Source of the DNA: Methylorubrum extorquens
GTDB lineage: Bacteria > Pseudomonadota > Alphaproteobacteria > Rhizobiales > Beijerinckiaceae
Length of the DNA stretch: 32,000 bases
Assembly: GCA_900234795.1 (NCBI GenBank)
Contig: LT962688.1
Span: 2,070,001 to 2,102,000, forward strand
Direction of reading: 5' to 3'
How positions within the stretch are numbered: position 1 is the first letter of the stretch; each line of letters starts with the position of its first letter. Shown one piece after another: positions 1 to 8,677 of the stretch. The notes below the pieces were generated by a model, which saw only the letters and a list, made by a program, of their open reading frames with translations, did not search any database and was not told where the DNA came from. Both the position numbers and the translations under genes were made by a program.

Positions 1-10
1 ACGAACAGGA

Positions 11-51
11 GTGATACGTGCCCCGCTCGATCGAAGCGGGGTACGTATCAC
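11..51. repeat. 41-nt inverted repeat / stem-loop (17-bp stem with one G-T pair, 7-nt loop CGATCGA)
   Basis: Read directly: GTGATACGTGCCCCGCT (11-27) pairs with AGCGGGGTACGTATCAC (35-51). It lies about 150 nt upstream of the adenine deaminase start. There is no flanking T-run, and the element sits at the window edge so upstream context is unknown. Confidence 0.6.
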
Positions 52-200
52 TCAGCCCGCGCGGCGCCTGAGCGATGTCCAAATCCGCCATCCCGAAGGG
101 ATCAACCGGATTTGGAATGTTACCGGCGGCTGCGCCCGGCCTTCCTTTCGTGGCACGATGCCTGCGCGTCGTGCCCGAGAGCCACGTAAGGAAGGCCCCG

Positions 201-2006
201 ATGACCGCCCAACCCCTCACCCGCTTCGCCGTCGCGCCGCTGGCCCGGATGACGCGGCGCCTCGCCGATGTCGCCGCAGGCCGCGCCGAGCCCGATCTGG
301 TGATCACGGGTGCGCGGGTGCTCTCGACCTATTCCGAGCGCGTCCTGCCCGACCGCGAGATCTGGATCGCGGGCGGGCGCATCGCCGCGGTGAAGCCGGC
401 GGGCCAGCATCGCGGCGCCGCCCCGCGCTACGATGCGCGCGGCGGCCTGATCGCGCCGGGGCTGGTCGATCCGCATCTGCACATCGAGAGCAGCATGGTG
501 ACGGCTTGTGCCTACGCGGAGGCCGCACTGATCAACGGCACCACCACGATCGTCTGCGACAGCCACGAGATCGGCAACGTGCTGGACGTGAACGGCGTGG
601 AATGGATGCTGGAGGATGCCCGCGCGGCGCCCCTCAACATCTTCCTGACCGTGCCGAGCACGGTGCCCGCTACCACGCCGGATCTCGAGACGGCGGGCGG
701 CGACCTGACGGCGGAGAAGATCGGCGCCCTGTTCGATGCCTGGCCCGAGGCGATCGGACTCGGCGAGAAGATGGATTTCGTCGCGGTGGCGAGCGGGGAC
801 GAGCGGGCGCACGCCATCATCCGCGCCGCGCTGGAGCGGGGCCGCCCGGTCTCCGGCCATGTCTACGGCCGCGACTTCGTGGCGGCCTACGCCGCGAGCG
901 GCGTCACCGACACCCACGAGGCCGTGGATGCCGACATCGCCGACGACCTCTTGGAAGCTGGCCTCTGGATCTTTCTGCGCGGGGGCCCGCCGACCACGCC
1001 CTGGCACTCGCTGCCCAAAGCCATCGGCACCGTGACCGAGTACGGCGCCGCCTGGAAGCGGGTCTGCGCCTGCACCGACGACCGCGATGCCGACGACCTT
1101 CTCGCGTTCGGCCTCGACTGGGTGGTGCGCGAGGCGGTGGCGCGCGGCATCCCGAAACCCGCGGCCTGGGCCATGGGCTCTTTGCATGGAGCCACGCGCT
1201 ACGGCCTCGACGGCGAGGTCGGCGGCCTCGGTGGCGGGCGCCGGGCCGATCTCGTGCTCCTGAACGACGATCTCGTGCCGCAGGCGACGTGGTATGGCGG
1301 GCAACAGGTGGTGGAGGATCGCCGGCCGACGCCACGTCTCGAAGAGGCCCTGGCCCGGCCCTACCGCTACCCGGCCCCCGCCTACGCCACGGTCCGCCTG
1401 CCCGATCCGGTTCCCGCCCTGATCCCGGCGCTGCCCGCCGGGCCCTGCACGGTCAACGCGATCCGCACCACGCTGCCGGGCATCGAGCTGACGCATGAGC
1501 GCGTCTCGCTCACCCCCGGCGCGGATTGGGCGGCGACGCTCGCCGCACACGATCTCTGCCATGTCGCGGTGGTCGAGCGGCACGGCCGTTCCGGCGGCGT
1601 CGCCCACGGGCTGCTCTCGGCCTTCGGCTTGAAGCGCGGCGCGGTAGCGAGCAGCGTCGGCCACGATTCGCACAACCTCATCGTCGCGGGCTTGAACGAG
1701 GCCGACATGCGGGTGGCTCTCGACGCCATCGCCGCGCATCAGGGCGGCGTCTGCGTCGTCGAGGAGGGCCACGTCGTCGCGATGGTGGCGCTGCCGGTGG
1801 CGGGGCTCCTCTCCGACAAGCGCGTGGGCGCGGTGGCGGATGAGGTGAAGGCGCTCAAGCGCGCCTGGGAGCGGGCCGGCTGCAGCATCCCCTATATGGG
1901 CTTCAACCTGATCCCGCTCGCGGTGATCCCGCAGATCCGCATCACCGACAAGGGCGTGGTGCTGGTGCCGGAGATGCGTTCGGTGCCGCTGTTCGAGGCG
2001 GCTTGA
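201..2006 (+). CDS. ade: adenine deaminase (amidohydrolase superfamily), about 601 aa
   Basis: This is the frame of track ORF 75..2006. I place the start at ATG 201, preceded by AAGGAAGG. It has the metal-binding signature [14 protein letters not shown], and its length and overall sequence are typical of adenine deaminases. Strong GC3 bias in this frame. Confidence 0.85.
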   Translation: MTAQPLTRFAVAPLARMTRRLADVAAGRAEPDLVITGARVLSTYSERVLPDREIWIAGGRIAAVKPAGQHRGAAPRYDARGGLIAPGLVDPHLHIESSMVTACAYAEAALINGTTTIVCDSHEIGNVLDVNGVEWMLEDARAAPLNIFLTVPSTVPATTPDLETAGGDLTAEKIGALFDAWPEAIGLGEKMDFVAVASGDERAHAIIRAALERGRPVSGHVYGRDFVAAYAASGVTDTHEAVDADIADDLLEAGLWIFLRGGPPTTPWHSLPKAIGTVTEYGAAWKRVCACTDDRDADDLLAFGLDWVVREAVARGIPKPAAWAMGSLHGATRYGLDGEVGGLGGGRRADLVLLNDDLVPQATWYGGQQVVEDRRPTPRLEEALARPYRYPAPAYATVRLPDPVPALIPALPAGPCTVNAIRTTLPGIELTHERVSLTPGADWAATLAAHDLCHVAVVERHGRSGGVAHGLLSAFGLKRGAVASSVGHDSHNLIVAGLNEADMRVALDAIAAHQGGVCVVEEGHVVAMVALPVAGLLSDKRVGAVADEVKALKRAWERAGCSIPYMGFNLIPLAVIPQIRITDKGVVLVPEMRSVPLFEAA

Positions 2007-2023
2007 ACGCAGCGCTCCGCCGA

Positions 2024-2054
2024 GCCCCTCTCCCCGCTGGGCGGGGCGAGGGGC
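2024..2054. terminator. GC-rich hairpin between convergent genes (14-bp stem with 1 mismatch, 3-nt loop)
   Basis: GCCCCTCTCCCCGC (2024-2037) pairs with GCGGGGCGAGGGGC (2041-2054). It starts 18 nt after the ade stop and lies 36 nt from the lipoprotein gene stop. No T-run, so the intrinsic-terminator call is tentative. Confidence 0.5.
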
Positions 2055-2089
2055 GCACGCTGGTTCGACGCGCTCGATCGGAATCCGCG

Positions 2090-2977
2090 CTAGCGCGCGG
2101 CGGAGACGCCCGGCCCCTTGTCGGTCCATTCCGGCGGCAGGCCGACCATGTCGCCGAGGATGCCGTCGAAGCCGGGCGCCCGGCCGAAGGCCTCGCAATC
2201 CGGGTCGAGGGGCGCCTCGCCCAACGTGGTGATGCGGATGCGGTCGTAGGTCGGCAGCTGCAGCTCGCCCTTGAACGGATCCTTGCCGGTGGCGAGGTAG
2301 GAGCCGAAATCCTGTCCGAACTCGCCGGCGAGATCGTAGGCGTCGCTGGCGGCCGAGAAGCGGGCTTGGTTGGTGAAGGAGTTGGCCGCACCCGCCCAGA
2401 TCATCGCCGCGCGCTGGCGGTTGCGGGCGTCGAGCGCCTCGGATTCGATGGTCAGGCTACCGAGCCCGATCGGCAGCCGCGGCACCGGCACCCGGCCCAG
2501 GGTGTTGGCGAAGCCGATGCCGACTTGGCCGGCCACCGAGATCGCCGTCGTGGCGGCGACGGTCGCGCCGGAGGCGGGAATGTTGGTGAGATCGACCCGC
2601 GTGATCGCCGAGCGGACGGTGAGGTCGGCGCGCCCCGACGACACCACGTCGTAGCGCAGCGAGAGGTCGTAGCAGAGCGCCCGGTCGGCGGCGTTGGCGA
2701 TCAGGCGCCGTTCCACCGGCGACAGGCCGGGGCCGGAGACCGCCTCGGAAAACACGGTCGGGACGATGCGCACGGTACGCACCGTCTGCGGCAGGGTCGG
2801 ATCGATGAACAGCTTGGACTCGGAGGCGACGGCATCGCTGGCCACGAACTGGTCGCGGCGCGAGAGGGCGCCGCCGTCGGTGAGCACCACGTCGCCGCAG
2901 CCGGCCAACCCGGCGAGCAGGGCGGCGGCGAGCGCGAGACGGGAAACGCCGGGACGAAGGTTCGACCGCAGGGGCAT
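2090..2977 (-). CDS. putative lipoprotein of unknown function, 295 aa
   Basis: N-terminus MPLRSNLRPGVSRLALAAALLAGLAGCGD carries a signal peptide plus lipobox (LAG|C). Coding-like GC3 bias. It may belong to a DUF3313-like lipoprotein family, but I cannot verify that. Confidence 0.7.
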   Translation of the reverse strand: MPLRSNLRPGVSRLALAAALLAGLAGCGDVVLTDGGALSRRDQFVASDAVASESKLFIDPTLPQTVRTVRIVPTVFSEAVSGPGLSPVERRLIANAADRALCYDLSLRYDVVSSGRADLTVRSAITRVDLTNIPASGATVAATTAISVAGQVGIGFANTLGRVPVPRLPIGLGSLTIESEALDARNRQRAAMIWAGAANSFTNQARFSAASDAYDLAGEFGQDFGSYLATGKDPFKGELQLPTYDRIRITTLGEAPLDPDCEAFGRAPGFDGILGDMVGLPPEWTDKGPGVSAAR

Positions 2978-3234
2978 TAGGCTCTTTCGCGGGATGGAGG
3001 CCGGCGCCGGGGGGACGCTCGGGGACGCGTATCCTGCCGTGACCGGCGGGACAGCATCGCTTTTCGGGCGGAAGCCTAGCCTTAAGCCGGCGGTCCCGGA
3101 AGGATTGGACGGGGGACGGCGCGCGTATCCGGCGGGCCTGTGACCGTTCCGCCACGTTGTTTCATCCCACGCCCACGCAACGTTGGGTTCCGGCGTCGTC
3201 TTCGTGCAACGTCGCCGCGCCTCTCGCGCGCGAC

Positions 3235-3267
3235 TTGCGCGCCCGTTGCGCGCCCCTTGCGCAACCT
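3235..3267 (+). promoter_or_regulatory. three direct TTGCGC(G/A)(C/A)CC repeats with 11-nt periodicity upstream of the MFS gene
   Basis: TTGCGCGCCCG / TTGCGCGCCCC / TTGCGCAACCT begin at 3235, 3246 and 3257. They end about 30 nt upstream of ATG 3296. The function is inferred only. Confidence 0.35.
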
Positions 3268-3295
3268 TCGGCGCGTCGCGCGCTTCTCCCTGCCG

Positions 3296-4778
3296 ATGCG
3301 TCCCGCCCAGATCGTCCCCCTCGTCGTCGCCACCGCCTTGTTCATGGAGAACACCGACTCGACGGTGATCGCCACGGCCCTGCCGGCGATCGCGGCGAGC
3401 CTCGGTGTCGATCCGATCGCCCTCAAGCTCGCGCTCACCGCCTATCTCGTGAGCCTGGCGATCTTCATCCCGGTCTCAGGCTGGGCCGCCGACCGCTACG
3501 GCGCCCGTAACGTCTTCCGCGCCGCCCTGTGCGTGTTCATGGCGGGTTCGCTCGCCTGCGCCGCCGCGAACTCGCTCACCGGTTTCGTCGCCGCCCGCTT
3601 CGTGCAGGGGATCGGCGGGGCGATGATGGTGCCGGTCGGCCGCCTCGTGATCCTGCGCTCGGTGCCGAAATCCGAACTCGTCGGGGCGCTCGCCTACCTC
3701 ACCATCCCGGCGCTGATCGGCCCGATCCTCGGGCCGCCGCTCGGCGGCTTCATCACCACCTATGCCGACTGGCGCTGGATCTTCTTCATCAACATCCCGA
3801 TCGGGCTCGCCGGCATCGTCCTCGCGACCCTGTATTTCGGCGATATCCGCGAGGAAACGCGCCCGCCGCTCGACGTGGCGGGCTTCCTGCTCTCGGGCGG
3901 CGGGCTCGCCCTGCTGATGCTCGGCTTTGCCGCAACCGGGCGCCACCTCCTGCCGGACGGCGTGTCCTGGGCCTGCATGGCCGGCGGAATCGTGCTCGTC
4001 GGGCTCTACCTGCGCCATGCTAAACGCACCGAGCATCCGCTCATCCGCCTCGACCTGCTCAAGCACGACACCTTCGGCGCGGCGGTGACGGGGGGAAGCC
4101 TGTTCCGCATCGGTACCGGCGCCATCCCCTTCCTGCTGCCGCTGATGCTGCAGATCGGCTTTGGGCTCGATCCGCTGCATTCCGGGCTCATCACCTTCGC
4201 CGCGGCGGCCGGCGCCCTTCTCATCAAGATCGTCGGCCCGCGCATCCTACGCGCCTACGGGTTCCGCCGGGTGATGGTGGTCAACGCGCTGGTCGCCTCC
4301 GCCTTTCTCGCCGCCAACGGGCTATTCACGGCGCAGACCCCGCACTGGATCATCGTCGGCGTGCTCCTGCTCGGCGGCTGCGTGCGCTCGCTGCAATTCA
4401 CGTGCGTCAACGCCATCGCCTATGCCGACCTCGAATCGCGGGAGATGAGCGCGGCCACGAGTCTGGCCAGCGTCGCGCAGCAAATTGTCCCTCAGCCTCG
4501 GTGTCTCCATCGGCGCCCTGGCGCTGGAGGGCGCTGCCGCCTGGCACGGCCATGCGGGGATCGAGGCGGGGGATTTCTCCCTCGCCTTCCTCGGGGTGGC
4601 CGTGGTCTCGGTGGGCTCGTTCTTCGTGTTCCGGCGGCTCGCGCCGGATGCGGGCGCGGAGGTGTCCGGTCAGCGACGGGTCGCCGAGGCCGTGCCGAGA
4701 CCCGCCGATGGTTCGCCCCAGAGCCTTGCCCCTGTTATGCCGCGGCCCGCGCCGGAGCCCGGCCGCCCGCCCGCTTGA
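3296..4778 (+). pseudogene. MFS transporter (DHA2 / EmrB-QacA-like, multi-TM) interrupted by a 1-nt insertion near 4484
   Basis: The start is MRPAQIVPLVVATALFMENTDSTVIATALPAIA at ATG 3296. MFS motifs are present (GWAADRYGARNVF, FVQGIGGAMMVP). The frame is lost after ...SLASVAQQ (CAA at 4481-4483). It continues in the +1 frame as LSLSLGVSIGALALEG... to the stop at 4776-4778 (track ORF 4485..4778). Total length is 1483 nt, i.e. 3n+1. This could be a sequencing error in the AAA run. Confidence 0.8.
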
Positions 4779-4789
4779 CGCTGCCGGAC

Positions 4790-5263
4790 TTAGGCCGCGC
4801 GGGCGCCTTGGCCGCCGGCTTGGCGGGGGGCTCGTGCGGGCGCCGAAGCCTCGCCGGAGCTGAAGACCCCGCGCCAGCTCCAGGCGCCGGGGCCGGTCAT
4901 CGCGTACATCAGGAAGGCGCCGGCCAGCCCGAGATCGGCGAGGAGGAAGCTGCGCTCGGTCACCGCGGCGGCCCCGGCATGGAGCCAGAACGGGTGCAGC
5001 AGGGCGGCCATGCCGGCCACGAAGCCGGCCATGGCCAGTCCGGTGATCCGCGGCATCACACCGAGGATGACCGCCAGCGGCCCGAACACCTGCACGATCA
5101 CCGCCGCCGTCGCGACGGCGTTGGGGGCGGGACAACCGGCGCCGGCCAGGGCCACCGCGAAGCCGGAGACGTTGAGTGCGCGCGCCACGCCGGTCGGCAG
5201 CAGGGCCGAGGCCATGAGGAGACGGGCGGCGAGAAGGACGCCGTTCTGGGCTGAACCGAACAC
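4790..5263 (-). CDS. DoxX family membrane protein, 157 aa (GTG start)
   Basis: A small protein with four hydrophobic segments and a DoxX-like sequence (LLAARLLMASALLPTGVARAL..., HPFWL). A GGAG lies about 10 nt upstream of GTG 5263. Confidence 0.75.
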   Translation of the reverse strand: MFGSAQNGVLLAARLLMASALLPTGVARALNVSGFAVALAGAGCPAPNAVATAAVIVQVFGPLAVILGVMPRITGLAMAGFVAGMAALLHPFWLHAGAAAVTERSFLLADLGLAGAFLMYAMTGPGAWSWRGVFSSGEASAPARAPRQAGGQGARAA

Positions 5264-5416
5264 GGGCCGAGGACTCCGGGAGAAAAGGAATACCGGGAAG
5301 CCTCGCGGGGCAGCGTGAATCGCCGGTTAAAGAGGCAGGGCGAAGCGATGGATGCCTGGGGATCGTCCAAGAACCATGCGCTCACCATGCACGCACCATG
5401 GACTTGCCCTTGCGTT

Positions 5417-5428
5417 GGGCTTAAGCCC
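5417..5428. promoter_or_regulatory. perfect 12-bp palindrome GGGCTTAAGCCC in the DoxX / carrier-protein divergent intergenic region
   Basis: Read directly. It lies 45 nt upstream of the carrier-protein start at 5473. An operator role is inference only. Confidence 0.25.
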
Positions 5429-5472
5429 GCAACCCGAGACCAGCACAGGACCGATCGAGGGGCATCCAAGCC

Positions 5473-5736
5473 GTGGTTCAGTCGATGGCCGACGTGCGGG
5501 AGGCGATCTTCGCCTTCATCGCGGCCCGCAACCCGGGCCTTCCCTCCGGCGCCGTCACCGGGGAGACGTCCCTCGTGACCAGCGACGCGCTCGATTCGAT
5601 CGGCATCCTCGACCTGATGATGCATCTCGGTGACCGCTTCGGCGTCGAGGTCGACGAGGACAGCTTCGACCTCGCGAACTTCGCCAGCGTCGACACGCTG
5701 GCCCATTTCATCGACGACCGGCGTTCCGACGTCTGA
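5473..5736 (+). CDS. acyl/peptidyl carrier protein (DltC-like), 87 aa
   Basis: Phosphopantetheine-attachment context ...LVTSDALDSIGILDLMMHL... on a four-helix sized acidic protein. GTG 5473 has GAGGGG about 12 nt upstream. The alternative start is ATG 5485. Confidence 0.8.
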   Translation: MVQSMADVREAIFAFIAARNPGLPSGAVTGETSLVTSDALDSIGILDLMMHLGDRFGVEVDEDSFDLANFASVDTLAHFIDDRRSDV

Positions 5737-5755
5737 TCCGCGCCTGACCCGTCCC

Positions 5756-7273
5756 ATGGCCCCGACGCTGCTGCACCACCTGCTCGAAGGAGCCGGCGCG
5801 GACGATTCCCCCGCGATCGTCGAGGGGGGCGAGACCCTCACCTATGGCGGCTTCCGGGCCCGCATCGCCGCTTTGGCGGGGCGCTTGGCACGTCTCGGCC
5901 TGCGGCCCGGCGACCGGGTCGCGATCCTGCTGCCGAAATCGATCTGCGAATGCGTCGCGATTTTTGCCGCCAGCGCGGCCGGCGGCGTATTCGTGCCGAT
6001 CCACCCGTCCTTGCGCCCGCGTCAGGTCCATCACATCGTCGCCGATAGCGGCGCGCGCGTGCTGCTGACCGATGCCACCCGCGCCGCCGGGCTCGAAGGC
6101 GCGCTCGATGACCTCGCGGACCTGCGCATCCTCGATGGGGAGAGGGGTGACGACGCCGCGGCCCTCATCCCCGGCGAGCCGGCGCCGGAGGGGCTGGCGG
6201 CGATCCTCTACACTTCGGGCTCGACCGGCCTGCCCAAGGGCGTGATGCTCTCCCACGCCAACCTGATCGCGGGCACCCGCATCGTGCGGACCTATCTCGG
6301 CATCAGCCCCGCGGACCGCCTCCTCTCGGTGCTGCCGTTCTCGTTCGATTACGGCCTCAACCAGCTCCTCACCACCGTAGAGCAGGGCGCGCGCATCGTG
6401 CTGCTGACGCCCCGGCTCGGCGACGACGTGGTGCGGGCGCTGGAGGCGCACCGCATCACGGTGCTGGCCGGCGTGCCGACGCTGTGGACGCTGCTGACAC
6501 GGGCCGCGCCGCATCTGGCGAAGGCGGACCTTTCGGCCCTGCGGGCGATCACCAATTCCGGCGGCAGCCTCGCCCTGCCGACGATCGAGCGCCTGCGCGC
6601 GCGGCTGCCGCATACGGCCGTCGTGCTGATGTACGGCCTGACGGAAGCCTTCCGCTCGACCTACCTGCCGCCGGAGGAGATCGACCGGCGGCCGGACTCG
6701 ATCGGCCGCGCCATCCCCGAGACCGAGATTTTTGCCGTCACCCTCGAAGGGCGCCGGGCGCGACCCGGCGAGCCCGGCATCCTGCATCACCGCGGCCCCA
6801 CCGTCTCGATGGGCTACTGGAAGCGGCCCGAGGACACCGCCCGCGTGCTGGTGCCCGATCCATTTCCGCCACCCGGTTCCGCGCCGGGCCTCGTCTGCCG
6901 CTCCGGCGACCTCGTGGTGGAGGATGCTGACGGCTTCTTCCGGTTCATCGGCCGCGAGGACACGATGATCAAGACGCAAGGGTTTCGCGTGAGCCCGACC
7001 GAGGTCGAGGCGGCGTTGATGGAGACGGGCGCCTTCCGCGCCGCCGCCGTGATCGGCCTGCCCGACCCGAGCCTCGGCCAGCGCATCCACGCCGTGACCG
7101 TCCCCGCCGAGGGTGCGCCGGGCACGGCGGACGTGCTGCAGCGCCTCCGCGCGGCGCTGGCACCCCATCTCGTGCCCCGCACCATCGAGGCGGTGGCCGC
7201 GCTGCCGACCACGCCCAACGGCAAGGTCGATTACAAGCGCCTCACCGCCGAGCGCGCGGCGGTGGAAATCTAG
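5756..7273 (+). CDS. AMP-dependent synthetase/ligase (adenylate-forming; acyl-CoA ligase-like), 505 aa
   Basis: Adenylation motifs are present: ILYTSGSTGLPKGV, YGLTEA, SGDLVVEDADGFFRFIGREDTMIKTQGFRVSPTEVE and PTTPNGKVDYKRL. ATG 5756 is 19 nt after the carrier-protein stop. The upstream part of track ORF 5630.. overlaps the carrier gene and is not coding. Confidence 0.9.
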   Translation: MAPTLLHHLLEGAGADDSPAIVEGGETLTYGGFRARIAALAGRLARLGLRPGDRVAILLPKSICECVAIFAASAAGGVFVPIHPSLRPRQVHHIVADSGARVLLTDATRAAGLEGALDDLADLRILDGERGDDAAALIPGEPAPEGLAAILYTSGSTGLPKGVMLSHANLIAGTRIVRTYLGISPADRLLSVLPFSFDYGLNQLLTTVEQGARIVLLTPRLGDDVVRALEAHRITVLAGVPTLWTLLTRAAPHLAKADLSALRAITNSGGSLALPTIERLRARLPHTAVVLMYGLTEAFRSTYLPPEEIDRRPDSIGRAIPETEIFAVTLEGRRARPGEPGILHHRGPTVSMGYWKRPEDTARVLVPDPFPPPGSAPGLVCRSGDLVVEDADGFFRFIGREDTMIKTQGFRVSPTEVEAALMETGAFRAAAVIGLPDPSLGQRIHAVTVPAEGAPGTADVLQRLRAALAPHLVPRTIEAVAALPTTPNGKVDYKRLTAERAAVEI

Positions 7274-7278
7274 GACCG

Positions 7279-8568
7279 ATGGCTGACGCTCCCGACCTCG
7301 CCGCCGCGCTGATCGCCGAAAACTTTTCCCGCGATGCAGGCGGCGTGCTGCGGGTCGGCGGCCTGCCGCTGACCGACCTCGCAAAGGAATTCGGCACGCC
7401 GCTCTTCGTCTACGACGCCGATACGATGCGCCGGACCTACCGGGCGCTGTGCGCGGCACTCGCCGGCTTCGCGGAGGTGGATTTTTCGGTCAAGGCGAAC
7501 CCGAACCCGGCGGTGATCCGCGTCTTCTCTCAGGAGGGTGCGGGGGCCGAGATCGCCTCCGGCGCCGAGTTCGACGCTGCGATCAGGGCGGGTGTTCCAC
7601 CGGAAAAGATCCTGTTCGCCGGCCCAGGCAAGGGTGCGGCCGACCTCGACCGGGTGATCGGCGGCGGCATCGGCGAAATCCATCTCGAAAACCGCGAGGA
7701 GATTGTTCGCGTCGCGGCGGCGGCCGAGCGTCACGGTGTGCGCGTGCGGGTGGCGCTGCGGATCAATCCCGGCGCGACCGCGCAAGGCGGGGCGATGCGG
7801 ATGGGCGGCAAGCCTTCGCCGTTCGGCTTCGACGAGGAGGACATCGAGGCCGCCATCGACACGGTGGAGGCCGCACCGCGCTTGCGCCTCGTCGGGCTCC
7901 ACCTGTTCGCCGGCACGCAAGGGCTGAAGGCGGACACCCTCCTCGGCCAGTGGACCTACGGGCTCGGACTTGCAGCGCGGATCGCGAACCGAATCGGGCG
8001 GCCGCTGGAGACGATCGATCTCGGCGGCGGCCTCGGCATCCCGTACTTCTCCGGCGACACCGCCCTCGATCTCAGCGCGATCCGGGCCGGGCTGCCCGAC
8101 CTGATCGCCACCCTGCGGGCGGACCCGCTGATGGCGCGCGCCCGCGTGGTGCTGGAGCCCGGCCGCTATCTCACCGGTCCGGCGGGCGTCTACGTGGCGC
8201 GGGTGCTGGCGGTGAAGGAATCGCGCGGCAGCCGCTTCGTCATCACCGATGGCGGCATGCACCATCATCTCGCCGCCAGCGGCAATCTCGGCCAGATCGT
8301 CAAGCGCGACTTTCCCCTCGCGGCCGTGACCGATGTGGGCGGTGAACGCGCGGCGACCGCGGTCGTCGGCCCGCTCTGCACGCCGCTGGACATGCTGGCC
8401 CGCGCCGCCGCCCTGCCGCCGCTGGCCGAGGGCGATTTCGTCGCGGTGCTGCAATCGGGGGCCTACGGGCTCACCGCGAGCCCGACGGGATTCCTGAGCC
8501 ACCCGACCCCGGCCGAAGTGCTGGTGGACGGGGGCGAGGCCAGGGAGATCCGGGCGCGCGGGCCTTGA
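7279..8568 (+). CDS. PLP-dependent decarboxylase, Orn/DAP/Arg decarboxylase fold (LysA-like), 429 aa
   Basis: Motifs: FSVKANPNPAV (PLP lysine), DLGGGLGIPY, LEPGRYL and GPLCTPLD. It starts 5 nt after the ligase stop. Confidence 0.9.
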   Translation: MADAPDLAAALIAENFSRDAGGVLRVGGLPLTDLAKEFGTPLFVYDADTMRRTYRALCAALAGFAEVDFSVKANPNPAVIRVFSQEGAGAEIASGAEFDAAIRAGVPPEKILFAGPGKGAADLDRVIGGGIGEIHLENREEIVRVAAAAERHGVRVRVALRINPGATAQGGAMRMGGKPSPFGFDEEDIEAAIDTVEAAPRLRLVGLHLFAGTQGLKADTLLGQWTYGLGLAARIANRIGRPLETIDLGGGLGIPYFSGDTALDLSAIRAGLPDLIATLRADPLMARARVVLEPGRYLTGPAGVYVARVLAVKESRGSRFVITDGGMHHHLAASGNLGQIVKRDFPLAAVTDVGGERAATAVVGPLCTPLDMLARAAALPPLAEGDFVAVLQSGAYGLTASPTGFLSHPTPAEVLVDGGEAREIRARGP

Positions 8569-8677
8569 TCCTGGCGCGTTCGCAAGACCGCGCGGCGCTT
8601 GCGGAAGCCCCCATCGCGCTCGCGTGACGGGGCCTCGGATGCCGTTCGGGATGTGGTGGCGCGGCTTTGCGTGTCGA

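Noticed and set aside
120-2198. 692-aa minus-strand ORF. Similar long antisense ORFs are at 5708..7459, 7270..8502, 8993..10393, 10664..12397, 12519..14414, 20109..21848 and 25046..26266.
   Set aside because: All lie opposite genes with strong motif support. All have Arg/Gly/Pro/Ala-dominated translations and lack RBS-supported starts. I treat them as GC-driven artefacts.
3140-5254. Very long single ORFs in the track: 3140..5254, 14472..16721, 29309..31387, 19152..22412, 18253..19932 and 16869..18239
   Set aside because: Each is a chimera. Either a real gene is fused by read-through, frameshift or lack of stops to non-coding or antisense sequence, or two adjacent genes are joined in one frame. 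I split or trimmed them using motif onset, RBS and neighbouring stop codons.
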